Positions 1 through 13,365 of a stretch of 64,000 bases of DNA are shown here, one piece after another. Location: assembly GCF_004010195.1 (NCBI RefSeq), contig NC_057719.1, positions 82,755,060-82,819,059 on the forward strand, in the 5' to 3' direction. This DNA is from Chiloscyllium plagiosum. Its lineage: Eukaryota. The stretch's first letter is position 1. Each line of letters begins with the position of its first letter. The translations under genes and the position numbers were made by a program. Below the pieces are notes generated by a model that was not told where the DNA came from, did no database searches, and was given only the letters and a program-made list of their open reading frames with translations.

Positions 1-108
1 GAGCACCCGGAGGAAACCCACGCAGACACGGGGAGAACGTGCAAACACCACACAGTCAGTCACCTGAGGCAGGAATTGAACCCAGGTCTCAGGCGCTGTG
101 AGGCAACA
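1..108 (-). mobile_element. HE1-type tRNA-derived SINE (5' part)
   Basis: Reverse complement of gcctcacagcgcc..gacctgggttcaattcc..gtgtctgcgtgggtttcctccgggtgctc. Confidence 0.8.
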
Positions 109-258
109 TTGCCATTCTACTTTACACTTTTTTCAAAGACCCTAATACCTTTACAACTTAAGATGCTTTTTGACCACCATCTCCACAAAAACAAAGTATT
201 GAAACAAATATTTTCGAAGCTGTCAGTTCCAATCAAAATGGTACTTTTGTTCCTAAAT

Positions 259-445
259 CTGTGTGTGTGTGTGTGCGCGCTTCTGTGCATGTGTCTGTGC
301 GTGTGTGTGTATGTCTGTGCGTTTGTGTGTCTGTGCATGTGTGTGTGTATCTGTGTGTGTCTGTGCATGTGTGTGTGTGTCACTGTGTGTGTGTGTCTGC
401 TTCTCTAAGTGTGTGTGTGTGTGTGTCTGCGTGTATGTGTCTGCC
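259..445. repeat. Degenerate (TG)n microsatellite
   Basis: Direct reading; similar tracts at 19240-19610 and 45700-45955. Confidence 0.9.
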
Positions 446-607
446 TGCAACTAAAACCCTTGTCAGTAAGAAATGACCCTTATTTAATGCAGGAGGTTTG
501 GAGATTCTTTTGCAGAGAACATCCACAGTTACGAGTGTTTTATTTTAATGCCTTCAGAAGAAACTGCAGTGAGAGTAATGTAATGCTGATGCTTTCCCTT
601 CACACAG

Positions 608-768
608 ACCACAATGGCCAACTGCTTGTCGGTCAGTGAGGACTTTATCTTCTGCGGCTGTGCTGATGGGACAGTACGACTTTTTAACCCTGCAAACCTC
701 CACTTCATCGCCACGATGCCCAAACCACATCACCTGGGCATGGACATCGCAGCTGCCACGGAGCCCAG
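608..768 (+). CDS. MAPKBP1: MAPKBP1 exon (WD40): [53 protein letters not shown]
   Basis: cacag|ACC...CCCAG|gtaag; 161 nt, ends phase 2. Confidence 0.93.
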
Positions 769-1085
769 GTAAGACTTACGGTGGACTAGTGCTTTATGGA
801 ACTGCTGGCCTACCAGAGGAACATTCCAGAAAGATCTTCTGTCTACAGCACCACGACCACTGAATGTTGAGTTGAGAAACATTTCAGACAGCATTAAATT
901 CACTGGATGTGAGTAATAGTAAATGTGGGTCATAATGGTAAAGCGGTTGTCTATAGTGAGGCTTGTGGCACTAGGCACTGAAGGGATGGAGATATTGTTG
1001 AGATGCAACCTCAGACTGGCAAATACAGAGTCTCTCTCTCTCTCTCTCTCTCACTCACTCTCTCTCTCTCTCTCTTCTCTCTCTC

Positions 1086-2675
1086 TGTTATGGTATGGAC
1101 CAGACCAACCCCCTCCTAATACTTTACCAAGGTAGCCTAGACCCTAACTAGTCTTATTTTGAAAGGTAGATATAAAGTGCCATGTTCCAGATGCAATGCG
1201 ACTGGTCACACTACTTGATGATAAGCAAAACACAATTTATTTAAACACAGTAGTTCAAAGTTGTTGACAGTGAGGAAGGATGTTACAGCAGGATATAGAT
1301 AAGTTGCAGAGCTGGGCAGAAAGGTGGCAAATTGAGTTCAATGTAGGTAAGTGTGAGGTGATTCACTTTGGTAAGAGTAACAAAAAGACGGGGTACTGGG
1401 CTAATGGTCGGATACTTGGTAGTGTGGATGAGCAGAGGGATCTTGGTGTCCATGTACACAGATCTCCGAAAGTTNNNNNNNNNNNNNNNNNNNNNNNNNN
1501 NNNNNNNNNNNNNNNNNNNNNNNNNNNNNNNNNNNNNNNNNNNNNNNNNNNNNNNNNNNNNNNNNNNNNNNNNNNNNNNNNNNNNNNNNNNNNNNNNNNN
1601 NNNNNNNNNNNNNNNNNNNNNNNNNNNNNNNNNNNNNNNNNNNNNNNNNNNNNNNNNNNNNNNNNNNNNNNNNNNNNNNNNNNNNNNNNNNNNNNNNNNN
1701 NNNNNNNNNNNNNNNNNNNNNNNNNNNNNNNNNNNNNNNNNNNNNNNNNNNNNNNNNNNNNNNNNNNNNNNNNNNNNNNNNNNNNNNNNNNNNNNNNNNN
1801 NNNNNNNNNNNNNNNNNNNNNNNNNNNNNNNNNNNNNNNNNNNNNNNNNNNNNNNNNNNNNNNNNNNNNNNNNNNNNNNNNNNNNNNNNNNNNNNNNNNN
1901 NNNNNNNNNNNNNNNNNNNNNNNNNNNNNNNNNNNNNNNNNNNNNNNNNNNNNNNNNNNNNNNNNNNNNNNNNNNNNNNNNNNNNNNNNNNNNNNNNNNN
2001 NNNNNNNNNNNNNNNNNNNGTGAGTTCATGGAATGCCCTGCCAGTAGCAGTGGTGGACTCTCCCTCTTTATGGGCATTTAAACGGGCATTGGATAGGCAT
2101 ATGGAGGATAGTGGGCTAGTGTAGGTTAGGTGGGCTTGGATCGGCGCAACATCGAGGGCCAAAGGGCCTGTACTGGGCTGTATTCTTCTATGTTCTATGT
2201 TCTATGTCCTATGTTCTAAAGTACAACCAAAGAAAGAGCAATGTAGAGTCACTTAACTCTATTGGAATACTTAACTGAATAATATAGTAACTACACTAAT
2301 TAACTGTTCCAAAATAGTAACATCCCATAAACACACCCCTTGGTAAAAAGGCAGATTCAGACACAGATTCACACACACAGTTCTCCAATCCAGGAAGCAA
2401 AAAAAACATCAGGAGAAGATTTAGAGAGAGTAGCAGCTAAGAGACATTCACTGAAGTTTCCAACTCTGTTGAGGCCCCAATGGCTTCTGCTTAAAGCTAA
2501 ACCTAAAAACAGAAATCCTGATCTGTGAGAGCTGGCCACATCCATTCAAGCTGCCAAAACACACCCAAGGTCTCCCAAGTTGTTTACTCAAGTGGTTCTG
2601 GTAGACTGCTCACTGTCTCTATCTTACAACCTTTCTTCAAAAAAAAGGACAAAATAACTTCTTAAAGTCACAACA
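1086..2675 (-). mobile_element. Probable solo LTR (TGTT...AACA) interrupted by a CR1 LINE
   Basis: TG/CA inverted termini; AATAAA on - strand near 1240; sequence resumes after the LINE tail at about 2218. Confidence 0.5.
1261..2216 (+). mobile_element. CR1-type LINE 3' fragment with (TTCTATG)n tail (contains 545-N gap)
   Basis: LQQDIDKLQSWAERWQIEFNVGKCEVIHFG RT C-terminus; tandem tail. Confidence 0.88.
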
Positions 2676-2864
2676 ACGCATGTATGTGTGCACGCACACA
2701 CACAGACACGGTACACAAATACACATGTGAACTCACTGATGCACAGAGAAAGAGAGAAATTTGCATAAACAGATCTGGGATAAGTGATTGCAGAGACTGC
2801 TAAATGTATGCATAGAAAGAGTAAGATGTACACACAGTGGAATACGAGTATGGATACACTTTTA

Positions 2865-3065
2865 CAGTCAGTTCTGCTACAACGTGGTAGTTCTGTTCTC
2901 ATCAATCCTGTATTATACGAAAATCGCATAGTAGCAGCATCATTTAAACTAATGGGGCCGGAATCGCATTATACAATACCCGCTTTAGAAACAGTGTCCC
3001 CAATTCGTCAATCGTGTTATAGCGAATTTGTGTTAATGAAACGTGCGTTGTAGCTGAACAACCAG
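2865..3065. mobile_element. Tc1/mariner-pogo-type MITE
   Basis: TA|CAGTCAGTTCTGCTACAACG...CGTTGTAGCTGAACAACCAG terminal inverted repeats; related copy at 28391-28605. Confidence 0.65.
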
Positions 3066-4769
3066 CAAAGTGGATAGACAAACAGGCAGACAGTTAGACA
3101 GATAGGTGGATGGACAGATAGACAGGCCAATAAAATGTAACAAGGGAAGTAGATTTCTGTAGAGACAGATTAATGAAACTGCAGAGGTAGCTAGAGAGCT
3201 AAAGAGCAAATGGGGAGCTGCAAAGAGTGAGAGATAGCAGAAGCAGGGATTGAGGTGGAGAGGCATGTGCAAAGTGAAGTATAGATAATGAGGCCGACAA
3301 ATACAACAGTGAGACAGCTGCACAAAGGTATCAACAGGATGGGCTGACATTTGTTCCAGAGGTAGAGAGACCTTCTGTGCAAAGGTCCAGCATGCTGATT
3401 GGCCAGTAGGATGTTGTTTTCTTCTTGAAACAGCTTCTCAGGGAGTGAGGACAATCCGAGTGGAGTCAGCAGGCGCACAGTGATGAAGTCAGCCAGAGAG
3501 AGGAAACTGCCCACACTCGGAGCCCCACACTGAGTCAGAAGCTCGCCCAGTGTGAAACCATTAACAGCGGAAGAGGAATTCTGTGCCTTGCCATTGAGCC
3601 CTCACGGTGGTGGCAGAGCTAATGGGTTATGAATAGTGAAAGTGAGGGGGCAGTGTAAGTGCCAGCCTGGCTCACTGTAATGTGGCAGGGGACGTGATTG
3701 GATGGTGGTTATAGAGGTGACCCGCTAAATGGTTGCCATCTGCCAAGTGAAGACCATAAGACTGAGGAGGAGAAAGAGGCCATTCGGCCCCTCAATTCTG
3801 CTCCGCCGTTCTGTGAGATTGTGGCTCATCCTGAACTCCACTTTTCACTGTAATCCTTGATTATTCTACTGATTTGAAGTCTGTCTTGGATACACTTAAC
3901 AACAACCACCAAGTTCGGCTGGGTGTTATGGCAGTGGCTCAGTGGTTATGTCACTTGAATGGTCATCCAGGGAGCTAGACTCATATCGGTTTTAATCCCA
4001 CTCAGGTAGACATTGAATTTGATTGAAATCTAGTGATAATAATGGTGACCATGGAACAATTGTTGTTTCTTTATAAAAAAACTATTGGGTTCACTCGCAT
4101 CCTTAAAGGAAGGAATTCTGACATATCCCTACCTGTGTGGCCTACATGTGACTCCAGACTCACAGCGCAGTTGGAGATGGCCTCCCACGGTCCGATATTC
4201 CAACACTTTGCTCAAGGGCAACTAAGGATGGTCAATAAATGCTGACCTTGACAAGTGATGCCCACATTCCACGAAAGAATAAAGGGACCGTAAAAGACAT
4301 GGAATGGTTTGAACCCACAGAATCGATCCCTACCTTGGAATTGTCAACTTTCTTGAGAACGTTCAGTGCGGTTGGGGGAGAGAAGCGCATAACCATGCCA
4401 AAGCTGATGTTAGCAGCAGAGACAGAATGCAGTATGGCCTGGAACTTCCCCAGCAGAGTCAGGGCCGAATGATTGGGGCGGGGGCAGAATCCTGACATGA
4501 AGCCAGTCTTCACTGTTTTCCGAGGGCAGAACCAAAAGGGAACACATTTCCCTTGGGGGATGATCGGAAAGTAATCAAGGAAATATTGAGGGTTTCAATA
4601 AATTGATTATGAGTTGCTTTAGCTTTGAAGCCTGGATATCCCAGTTGTGGAATCTCTTTCCAATCTGTCATCAAGTTGCCAGTGTTGTTGAGGTGAGTGC
4701 ACAGTGGGAGGTGGAACTGGCAGACTGGGAAAGCTTTGATCAGAGCTGCAACTGTGGCCAGCTGTCAGG

Positions 4770-5430
4770 ATATTGACCCACCGACGGTGAAGGAATGGTG
4801 ATATATTTCCAAGTCAGGATGGTGAGTGGCTCACAGGGGAATTTTAAGGTGATGGTATTCTCATGTGCCTGCTGCTCTTGTCTTTCTAGATGGAACTAGT
4901 TGTGGGGTTGGAAGGTGCTGTCTAAGAAGCCTTACAGAAGACTTTCTGCAGTGTGTCTGGCAGATGCTACTGAGTGTCGGTGGTGGAGGGAGTGAATTTG
5001 AATGTGGTGCCGAACAAGCGGGCTGCTTTGACCTGGATGGTGTCAAGCTTCTTAAATGTTATTGGAGCTGCACCCTTCCAGGCAAGTGGGGAGTATTCCA
5101 TCACACTCCTGACTTGTGCCTTGTAGATGGTGGACAGGCTTTTGGGAGTCAGGAGGTGAGATAATCGCAACAGTATTTCTAGCCTCTGACCTGCTCTTGT
5201 AGCTGCAATATTTATATGAACAGTTCCAGTTCAGTTTCTAGTTAAGATTAACCACCCAGAATGTAGAGAGTGGGGGATTCGGCGGTGCCTATGTGATTGA
5301 ATGCCAAGAGATGATAGTTAGATTCTCCCTTGTTGGAGATGGTCATTGCCTGGCATTTGTGTGGCACAAATGTTACTTGCCACTTGTCAGACCAAACCTG
5401 GATATTGTCCACAGCATGGACTGCTTCAAC
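4770..5430 (-). mobile_element. Non-LTR retrotransposon RT fragment (CR1/L2-group)
   Basis: LSTIYKAQVRSVMEYSPLAW..KKLDTIQ and DNIQVWSDKWQVTF..KCQAMTIS. Confidence 0.8.
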
Positions 5431-6479
5431 TTGCTGGACAAAAAGTAAAACCAGCGGCCTCATTTCCAACATGCCAACGACGACTCAACTGGTAGGAGGT
5501 ACTTTGGATGTGTGTGGAACCGCAGTGCTGCCCACACACCCTGAAAGCAGAGGCTGTGTGGGTTCTGAACATGAGTGTGCCATTCACTGCAGAGTGGGCT
5601 GCTTGCCCGAAGGAATGCAGTCCTCCGTCCCTCACTAACTCTCTTTGGAGTTAGTGTGTGTTGATGAAAGTCAGAGGGGAACAATAGACGTACACATTAA
5701 GTGATGATCCCTTCCTTGTTTCATGTGGTGCAGCATGTGATGTGCACGTAGGCGCGATGGCTTTTGGCTTTGTTTGTTGCTGCACATAAACAGGTCACGG
5801 CCATGCGAGAGGCTTGACCTTCAACCTAAATCATTCAACACCAACGCAGCGAGAGCAGCTTAGTAATGAAATATTCTCATTCGTGAAGCAAGACGTTCTT
5901 TGTTTTTTTGATGGCAATTTCTTCTCCACCCCCCCCCCCCCCATGTAGTGTTGCTACTCATGCTTTGTGGTGAAAGGAATCTGACCATCTCTAGTCCCTC
6001 ACTGCATTCTTTTGACCCTCCCCCATCCTGAGAGATGTTCACCAAAGAGGAAAGGACTGTCCATCCTGGGTCCTATCTGGCTCCGCCCATCTGGTATTTG
6101 CACAGCAGGCCAGTTGCCTTGATGTGTCCTCCCCAGGGTCGATCCCTTCTCCAGGCTGGTTTTGAGGCTCTCCCCTACTTTCCCCCCCTCACTCACCTCA
6201 CCACAGCTCATGCTCATGTAGCTCACACTGCGGTGGACACTCCAACCCCTTCCATATCGGCGGTCTGACTGCTTGAGTCAATTTTCTGTCTAAAATGTCA
6301 AGGTGGCCTCTCTCTCTCCCTCCCCCGCTCCCTCCCTCCCGTTCAGCCTGCAGCCCTGTCAGGGCTCCGAGCACCTCCTATTGGAAGACACCCACCCTCC
6401 CTACTATCTGGGCCAATTTTGGGGAAGATCAGGCCTGGGTGACTGTTCCCTCGTACAGCGCAGGATTCTGACCCCCTAA

Positions 6480-6820
6480 TGGGGGAAATGGCCAGTGGTG
6501 TTATCACTGGACTGTTAATCCAGAGACCCAGGTAATGTTCTGGGGACTCGGGTTCAAATCCTGTCACGACAGATGGTGGAATTTGAATTCTAGAAAGATC
6601 TGGAGTTAAGAGTCTAATGATGACCATTGTTGATTGTTTTGGCGGGGGGGGGGCAGTCCATCTAGTTCACTAATGTCATTTAGAAAAGGAAACTGCCATC
6701 CTTACCTGGTCTGTATGTGATTCCAGACTCGCAGCAATGTAACTGACTCTTAAGGCCCTCTGGGCAATTGGGCTGGCCTGGCCAGAGATGCCTTCAACCC
6801 GTGAATGAATTAATGAAAAC
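6480..6820 (+). mobile_element. Second tRNA-derived SINE family (other copies about 3925-4280, 8060-8395, 24375-24510, 40600-40880 -, 47130-47450 -)
   Basis: ggttcaaatcc B-box; shared catgtgactccagac and gggcaataaatgctggcc blocks. Confidence 0.7.
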
Positions 6821-6982
6821 GTCACCCTGCCCCACTCCGGCTGTCTAACTTCAGGTGCTTATCCCAAATACTGGAAGGGGACACAGAGACTGCTAGCAAA
6901 TAAAGACGCTGTGGTTCTCTCAATGGCACTCCATGGTTGGGTCATTTTCGGGTTTATTAATGCCACTCCATTCCTTCTGCAG

Positions 6983-7172
6983 CCACCTGTTCTCAACCAG
7001 AGCAGATGCCAAGTACCCAGACACCATTGCACTGACCTACGACCCCACGAACCGCTGGCTGTCATGTGTGTACAATGACCACAGCCTGTACGTGTGGGAT
7101 GTCAAGGACTTTAAGAAGGTCGGGAAGGTATACTCCGCCCTCTACCATGCATCCTGTGTTTGGAGTGTGGAG
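6983..7172 (+). CDS. MAPKBP1: MAPKBP1 exon (WD40): [21 protein letters not shown]...ASCVWSVE
   Basis: tgcag|C...GAG|gtaag; 190 nt, phase 2->0. Confidence 0.95.
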
Positions 7173-8749
7173 GTAAGGCCACATTTTAACTCACTGTGGA
7201 AAGATAGACTAAACAAGGCAACTCCCTCCTTAAATCACCTTTTAAAGTAATACCCCTTACATTTATTCAGTTCATCCTCGTTCTGATTCTTCATTACAGC
7301 AGTATCTTCACTTCAAAAGCACCTTGTTGACTCTAAAGAGCTCAGGGATGTCTTGGAGTTTTATAAATATTAATCATCCTTCCCTTGCTCACACCTCTTC
7401 CCTTCCCTACTTTTCCTTTTCTCTCCGCTTTCCTTCCTTTCTGTTTCTCCTTCCTTTCCCCCTTCCACTATTTGGTTACAGAACTTTACCCTGCTACAGT
7501 TGGCGCACTCACATGAGGTGCCCTGGGTCCGGAATGATTGCGATTGGTGTCAACACAGAGCAATATTGCCAGTGACTGTAGGCATTATTGAAAATAGCTG
7601 CCCATAGTGTTTCATGTCTGAATTTTCCTTTCTGTTGTAGTCATTGTGAGAGATGTATTAACAGTTTTGTGCCGTTGCCTGGTTTTCGCCAATCGTTTTC
7701 CCTTTATAGGCATATGTAAACTTTTAAAGTTAGATCTTATGTTCCACACAAGCTTACAAAGTTAAGATTACTTCCACAAACGTAGTCTGGGGCCACACAC
7801 AAGACAGATGGGCTGATTGGCCACCTTGCTCTTTGAGATGCCGTGCTGCCCAAGTGAGCCCAGATTCATGACTTACCACCCCATGAGCCACTGACTCTGA
7901 CAGTGCTGCAACGGGTGGATGTTCTGTGGATCTCCCCGCAGCAGGAAGACAAAGGGAGCGAACAGATCCACACTGCTGCTCAGCAACTCTATTCCAATGC
8001 AGCATGTCACTGATTAGATCTAGAATGGTGCTTCCTCAGTAGAAACCGGGTAGCTCTCGATGGGGAAAACAATGTGTTGTAGTCATGACACTGTATTACA
8101 GGTCTGGAGACCTAAGAAGTGCCCTGGGGCATGTGTTCCAATCCTGGTGTGGCAGTGGGTGGAATTTAAATTCAGTTAATAATAACTGGAGTTTTGAAAC
8201 CTACTGTCAGCAAAGATGCTATGAAACCATCATTTTTTTATTTATGAAATCTCATCTTTATGGCCTATTTGTGACTCCAAGCCCACACTGACTTTTAACC
8301 ACCCTCTGAAATGGCTGAGCAAGCCACTCAATTCAAGGGGAGATGGGCAATAAACACTGGTCTTGCCAATGATGCCCAGGCCATGTGAAGAAACTAGGTA
8401 AAAACTCTTCCTCGCAGTAACATTTGCACAATCCTGACTTCAAATACCAGTCATACAGCTTGTTTCTGTTGGCCATGTGTACAGGAGGGCAATGATGTTC
8501 CACAGCCAGGCAAGTCAGAAGAGGTGGCTGAGAAACGTTGGGGATAGGAAGTCATGGGTGAAAGACATTGGGCCACCAATGTTGTATCAGTGGAACCGAG
8601 GTTCCTTGTGTTACAGTGGCAGTGTTCTGATCTGTGAGCTAGGAGGCCCAGGTTCAATTCCCACCAGCTCCAGAGACGTGTCATAACATTACTGAACAGA
8701 TTGGTTAGAAAATATCAATGGAATGGGAGATTTTAAATTCATGGGAATG

Positions 8750-10700
8750 TAGAAGAAAGGAACAGAAATAGGCCATTCTCTCCCTTGAGCCTATTCCACT
8801 CTTGAATATGACCATGGCTGATACCCTCATCCCTCCCTCCCCGCCATATCCCTTGATCCCTTTAGCCACAAGAGCTATATTTACCTCCTCCTTGAAAACA
8901 CAATGTTTTGGCCTCAACCACTTCCTGTGGTGGTAAATTCCGTAGCCTTGCCTATCTCTGGGTGAAGAAATGTCTCCTCATCTCAGTCCTAAAAGGTTTA
9001 CCCCCTTTTCCTTAAACTATCACCCCAGGTTCTGGACTCCCACAGCATCAGGAACATCCTTTCAGCAACTAAACCTGTCTAGTCCTGTTAGAATTTCATA
9101 GGTTTCTATGAGATCTCCTCACATTCTCCTAAACTCCAGTGAATACAATCCCAGCTGACTCAAGCTCTCCTCATACGTCAGTCCTGCCATCCCAGGAATG
9201 AACTTGGTGAGCCTTTGCTGTACTCCCGCTGTAGCAAGAACATTCTTCCTCAGACTAGGAGACCAAACCTGCCCACAGTATTCCGGATGTGTATTGTATA
9301 ATTGTAGCAAGGCAATCACGCTCAAACCTTCTCGCTACGAAGGCTGATGTGCAGTTTGCCTTCTTGACTGCACACTTACCTTCAATGACTGGTGCACAAT
9401 GACACCCAAGTCTTGATGAACACACCCCTCTCTCAATTTACAACCGCTCATATAATTACCTTCCTGACTTTGTTCCCAAAACCAACAACCTCACATATAT
9501 CCACATTACACTGCATCTGGCGTGCATCTGCCCACTCACTCAACCTGTCCAAAACACACTGCATCCAAGATCTCTGCATCCCTGTCATAGTAAACCCTTC
9601 CAACCCAGCTTTGTGTTGTCTGCAGACTTTGAGGTATTACATTTAGTTCCCTTATCTAAATTATTAACATATATGTGAAAAGCTGGGGTCCTAGTAGCAA
9701 TCCCTGCAGTACCAGACTCGTCATTGCCTGCCATTCACAAAAAGACTCATTCATTCCCATCAATTGTTTCCTGTTTGCTAACCAATTTTCTATCCACTGC
9801 TCCCAAATCCATGCACTTTGATTTTGCATATTTATCAAAAACCTTTTGGAAGTCCAAATGAATCACATCCACTGGCTCCCCCTAGATCAACTCTACTAGT
9901 TACATTCTTGAAGAATTCCAGTGGATTTGTCAAACACGATTTCCCTTTGCAAATCTATGCTGAACTGTGTCTGATTCTATCACTGTTTTCTAAATATTCT
10001 CCTGTAAAATCCTTGACAATAGACTCTGGCATCTTCCCCACTACTGAATCCAGACTCACTGGTCGATAATTCCCTGTTTTCTCTCCATCTCCTGTTTCAA
10101 ATAGAGGGGTGACATTAACTATCCTTCAATCTGTAGAATCTATTCCAGAGTTTAAAGAATCTTGGAAGATGACCACCAATGCATCCATTATTTCTAGGGC
10201 CACTTCCTTAATTACTCTCGGGAGTAGATTATCAGGCCCTGGGAATTTATCGGCCTTCAATCCCATTAATTTCTCCCAACACTGTTTCTCCACTAATACT
10301 GATTTGCTTCAGTTCTTCCCTCTCACTAAACCCTGTGTTCCCCATCATTTCTGGTATATTATTCATGCGTGTCTTTGTGAAGACAGAAGTGAAGTATGAA
10401 TTTAGTTCATCGGCCATTTCTTTGTTCCCCATTATAAGTTGCCCCATTTCTGACTGTAAGGGATCTACACTAGTTTTCACCAGTCATTTTCTCTTTGTGT
10501 GCACATAGAAACTTTTGTAGTGAGTTCTTATGTTCCCCACAACCTTACTCTTACACTTTACTTTCCCTTTCTTAATCAATCCTTTGGTTCACCTTTGCTG
10601 ACTTCTAAACTGTTCCCAGTCCTCAGTTCTTTTTCTTGCCTATTTGGATGCCTTTTGTTTTGTGTCTAATACTATCACTAACTTCCTCATAGGCTATGGT
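8750..10700 (-). mobile_element. Decayed CR1 LINE (about 2 kb)
   Basis: - strand fragments EYCGQVWSP..RRM, WIENWLANRKQ, EMADELNSYFTSVFT. Confidence 0.85.
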
Positions 10701-10882
10701 TTGCCCAATGTTCTCTTTGCCACGCAGGAATAAACAACTTGCTAAGCTGTGGAACCTGTGTATGGGAAGTCTCCTAGATAACAGCCCCGCAGTAAAAGTC
10801 TCTTTTTTTTTTGTTAATAGCATGCCACATTTTCAAATCATCGCTTCTGGAGGACCTAAGGTTGTATGGTTGTCTCTAACAG

Positions 10883-11029
10883 GTCTACCCGGAAGTGGAG
10901 GACAGTAATCGCGCGTGCCTCCCCCCAGGCTCCTTCATTACCTGCTCATCCGACAATACCCTCCGACTCTGGAACACCGAGGGCTCCAGCACCCATGGGA
11001 GCTCACTGCATCGTAACATGATCAGCAGC
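10883..11029 (+). CDS. MAPKBP1: MAPKBP1 exon (WD40): [33 protein letters not shown]...NMISS
   Basis: aacag|GTC...AGC|gtaag; 147 nt, phase 0->0. Confidence 0.95.
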
Positions 11030-12121
11030 GTAAGTGAGCCACTGGATCCCTGTCAGATCGACAGACTCGGGGTCACCGAGAGACCTGACACTTCACCGTC
11101 CCTTGTCTGCTGCCTCACCGCACGTTTACGGAAATAAGTTTAGCCGTTCACAATATTTATTTGTTTGTTTGATTTATTATCGACACATGTATTTTGTTAC
11201 AAAATACAGTGGGGATGTGTTGTGCAGTCTCGCTACTCTCCTGTGCCATCTTACAAGGCAGGAAAACAAACCGAAATGTCGAATCTAAAGGCAGAAAGGT
11301 TAGAAGAAAAAGTGTTCAACAATGTTGGGGGGTTTGATCTCCTGCTCCCCCACCCCAGCCTTTGTTTCCTTTAATTCCTAAGCTTACCTTCAGGTCCCTG
11401 AACTCCTTTGGTGGGTGCACGACATGAGGGTATAACCTTAAACTGAGAGAGAAGTTGTTCTTTAGGGTGATGCCAGAAAGCACAAAAACTGACGGAGATT
11501 CTGGAACTCTGTCCCCGACAAACTGCTGAGCCGTGCAGTCAGTTGGAGAGCTGAGATTGATAGACCCTTTGTCAGGTAAGGGTATGGAAGGCAGGTCGGA
11601 GTCATAAAAGGGTGGAGCTTGTACAGGCATCTGATTTGTTCCCATTCTGATCCCCACAGTGATTTAAATGTCCTGCTCCCATCCCGTTTTAGATTGGTCG
11701 TGTTGTGCCCAGCCTGATCTGGATCCACCACTCCCTCCCAGAAGATGGCTGCCACCAAAACTCTACCGTAGAGTCAGAGAGTCACACAGCGCAGAAACAA
11801 ACCTTTCGCTCCAATCAAATCATGCCGTCCCTAATCCCAAACTAAACTAGTCCCACCTGCCTGCGCTTGGCCTATATCCCTCCAAGAGGATCTCATGTAA
11901 AGGCATTATTTTGAAGAAAAGTTGCTGTCTCCCTGCTGTTCCAACACAGGTCTCATAGATCACTTGGACACTATGATATTGCTGTGTGTGAGTTCTCTCC
12001 GTCACAATTCCTGTCTTGCAATGGTGACTACGTTTCAGAAATTCTTAGCTGGCTGCAAAAACACCTTTGGGGTATCCTGAGGTTGTGAAGGGTGCTGTAT
12101 CAATGCACGCCTTGTCAGTTT

Positions 12122-12312
12122 AAAATCACACAACGCCAGGTTATAGTCCAACAGGTTTAATTGGAAGCACTAGCTTTCGGAACGTCGCTCCTTCATCAGG
12201 AGCAATGCTACGAAAGCTAGTGTGCTTCCAATTAAACCTGTTGGACTATAACCTGGCGTTGTGTGATTTTTTTAACTTTGTACACCCCAGTCCAACTCCG
12301 GCATCTCCAAAT
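12122..12312. mobile_element. Penelope-derived palindromic element with 11-bp TSD (cttgtcagttt)
   Basis: About 58-bp near-perfect inverted arms (12122-12179 / 12211-12270); TSD at 12111-12121 and 12313-12323; hammerhead core on - strand. Confidence 0.8.
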
Positions 12313-12576
12313 CTTGTCAGTTTGGCACCTTCCACATTCCCGTTAGAGAAACTTACTGATAAGACCATAAGAAATAGGAGTGGACGTAAGGCCATTCAGC
12401 CCATCGAGTTCACTTCGCCATTCAGTCATGGCTGATGGGCATTTCAATGCCACTTACCCGCACTCTCCCCGTATCCCTTAATTCCTTGCAAGGTTAAAAC
12501 GTGCTCACTCACACGTTTGAAGACAGCAGGTGAATGAACATTTCCACCTGAGCCCGTGCTAATTTTCTCATTCCAG

Positions 12577-12761
12577 GATTTGCTGAAGGTTCTCTACATG
12601 GACTCCAACACGTCGACACTGCTGGATGTGGAGAACAATTCAGCGGGAGGCTCCGACAAACCGGATGGCCAGGCCGCCGAGATGAAGACCGGAATTCGAA
12701 CGCTGTGTGTGAGCCCCGATGGACAGCATATGGCCTCTGGAGACCGGGCTGGAACTCTGAG
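12577..12761 (+). CDS. MAPKBP1: MAPKBP1 exon (WD40): DLLKVLYMD...[24 protein letters not shown]
   Basis: tccag|GAT...AG|gtgtg; 185 nt, phase 0->2. Confidence 0.93.
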
Positions 12762-12809
12762 GTGTGTCCCACTGATCCGAGTCAGACCAGTATTGAGTAT
12801 GTGTGTGTC

Positions 12810-13365
12810 TGGGTATACAGCAGAGGCCAGCAGTAGAGATGGCGAGACTTGTATTTTAGTATTTTATAAAGGATGTTGTTAAACATGAGAGGGTTCAGAA
12901 ATGATTTACAAGGATGTTGCCAGGGTTTGAGCTGTAGGGAGAGGATGAACAGGCTGGTGCCGTTATCCCTGGAGCGTCGGAGGCTGAGGGGCAACTTTAT
13001 AGAGGTTTATAAAATCATGAGGGGCATGAAGATAAATAGACAAGGTCTTTCCCCTGGGATGGGGGAATCCAGAACTAGAGGGCATAAGTTTAGGGTGAGA
13101 GGGGAAAGATTTAAAAGGGACTGAAGGGGCATCCTTTTCACGCAGAGGGTGGTATGAGTGTGGAATGAGCTGCCAGAGGAAGTGGTGGAGGCTGGTACAA
13201 TTGCAACATTTAAGAGGCATCTGGATGGGTATTTGAGTCGGAAGGGTTTAGAGGGATATGAGCCAAGTGCTGTCAAATGGGACTGGATTGGGTTAGGATA
13301 TGTGGTCAGCATGGAAGAATTGGACCGAAGGGTCAGATGGCATGCTGTACATCTCTATGACTCTC
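12810..13365 (+). mobile_element. CR1 LINE 3' end
   Basis: SLERRRLRGNFIEVYKIMRG; tail ctctatgactct. Confidence 0.85.

Noticed and set aside
76..476. Cys/Val- and His/Thr-rich ORFs
   Set aside because: Translations of a (TG)n microsatellite; the same applies to 19189-19491, 44928-46021 and 41340-43002.
1280..2162. Long ORFs spanning N runs (also 16927-17572 and 41531-44196)
   Set aside because: Open only because N codons contain no stop.
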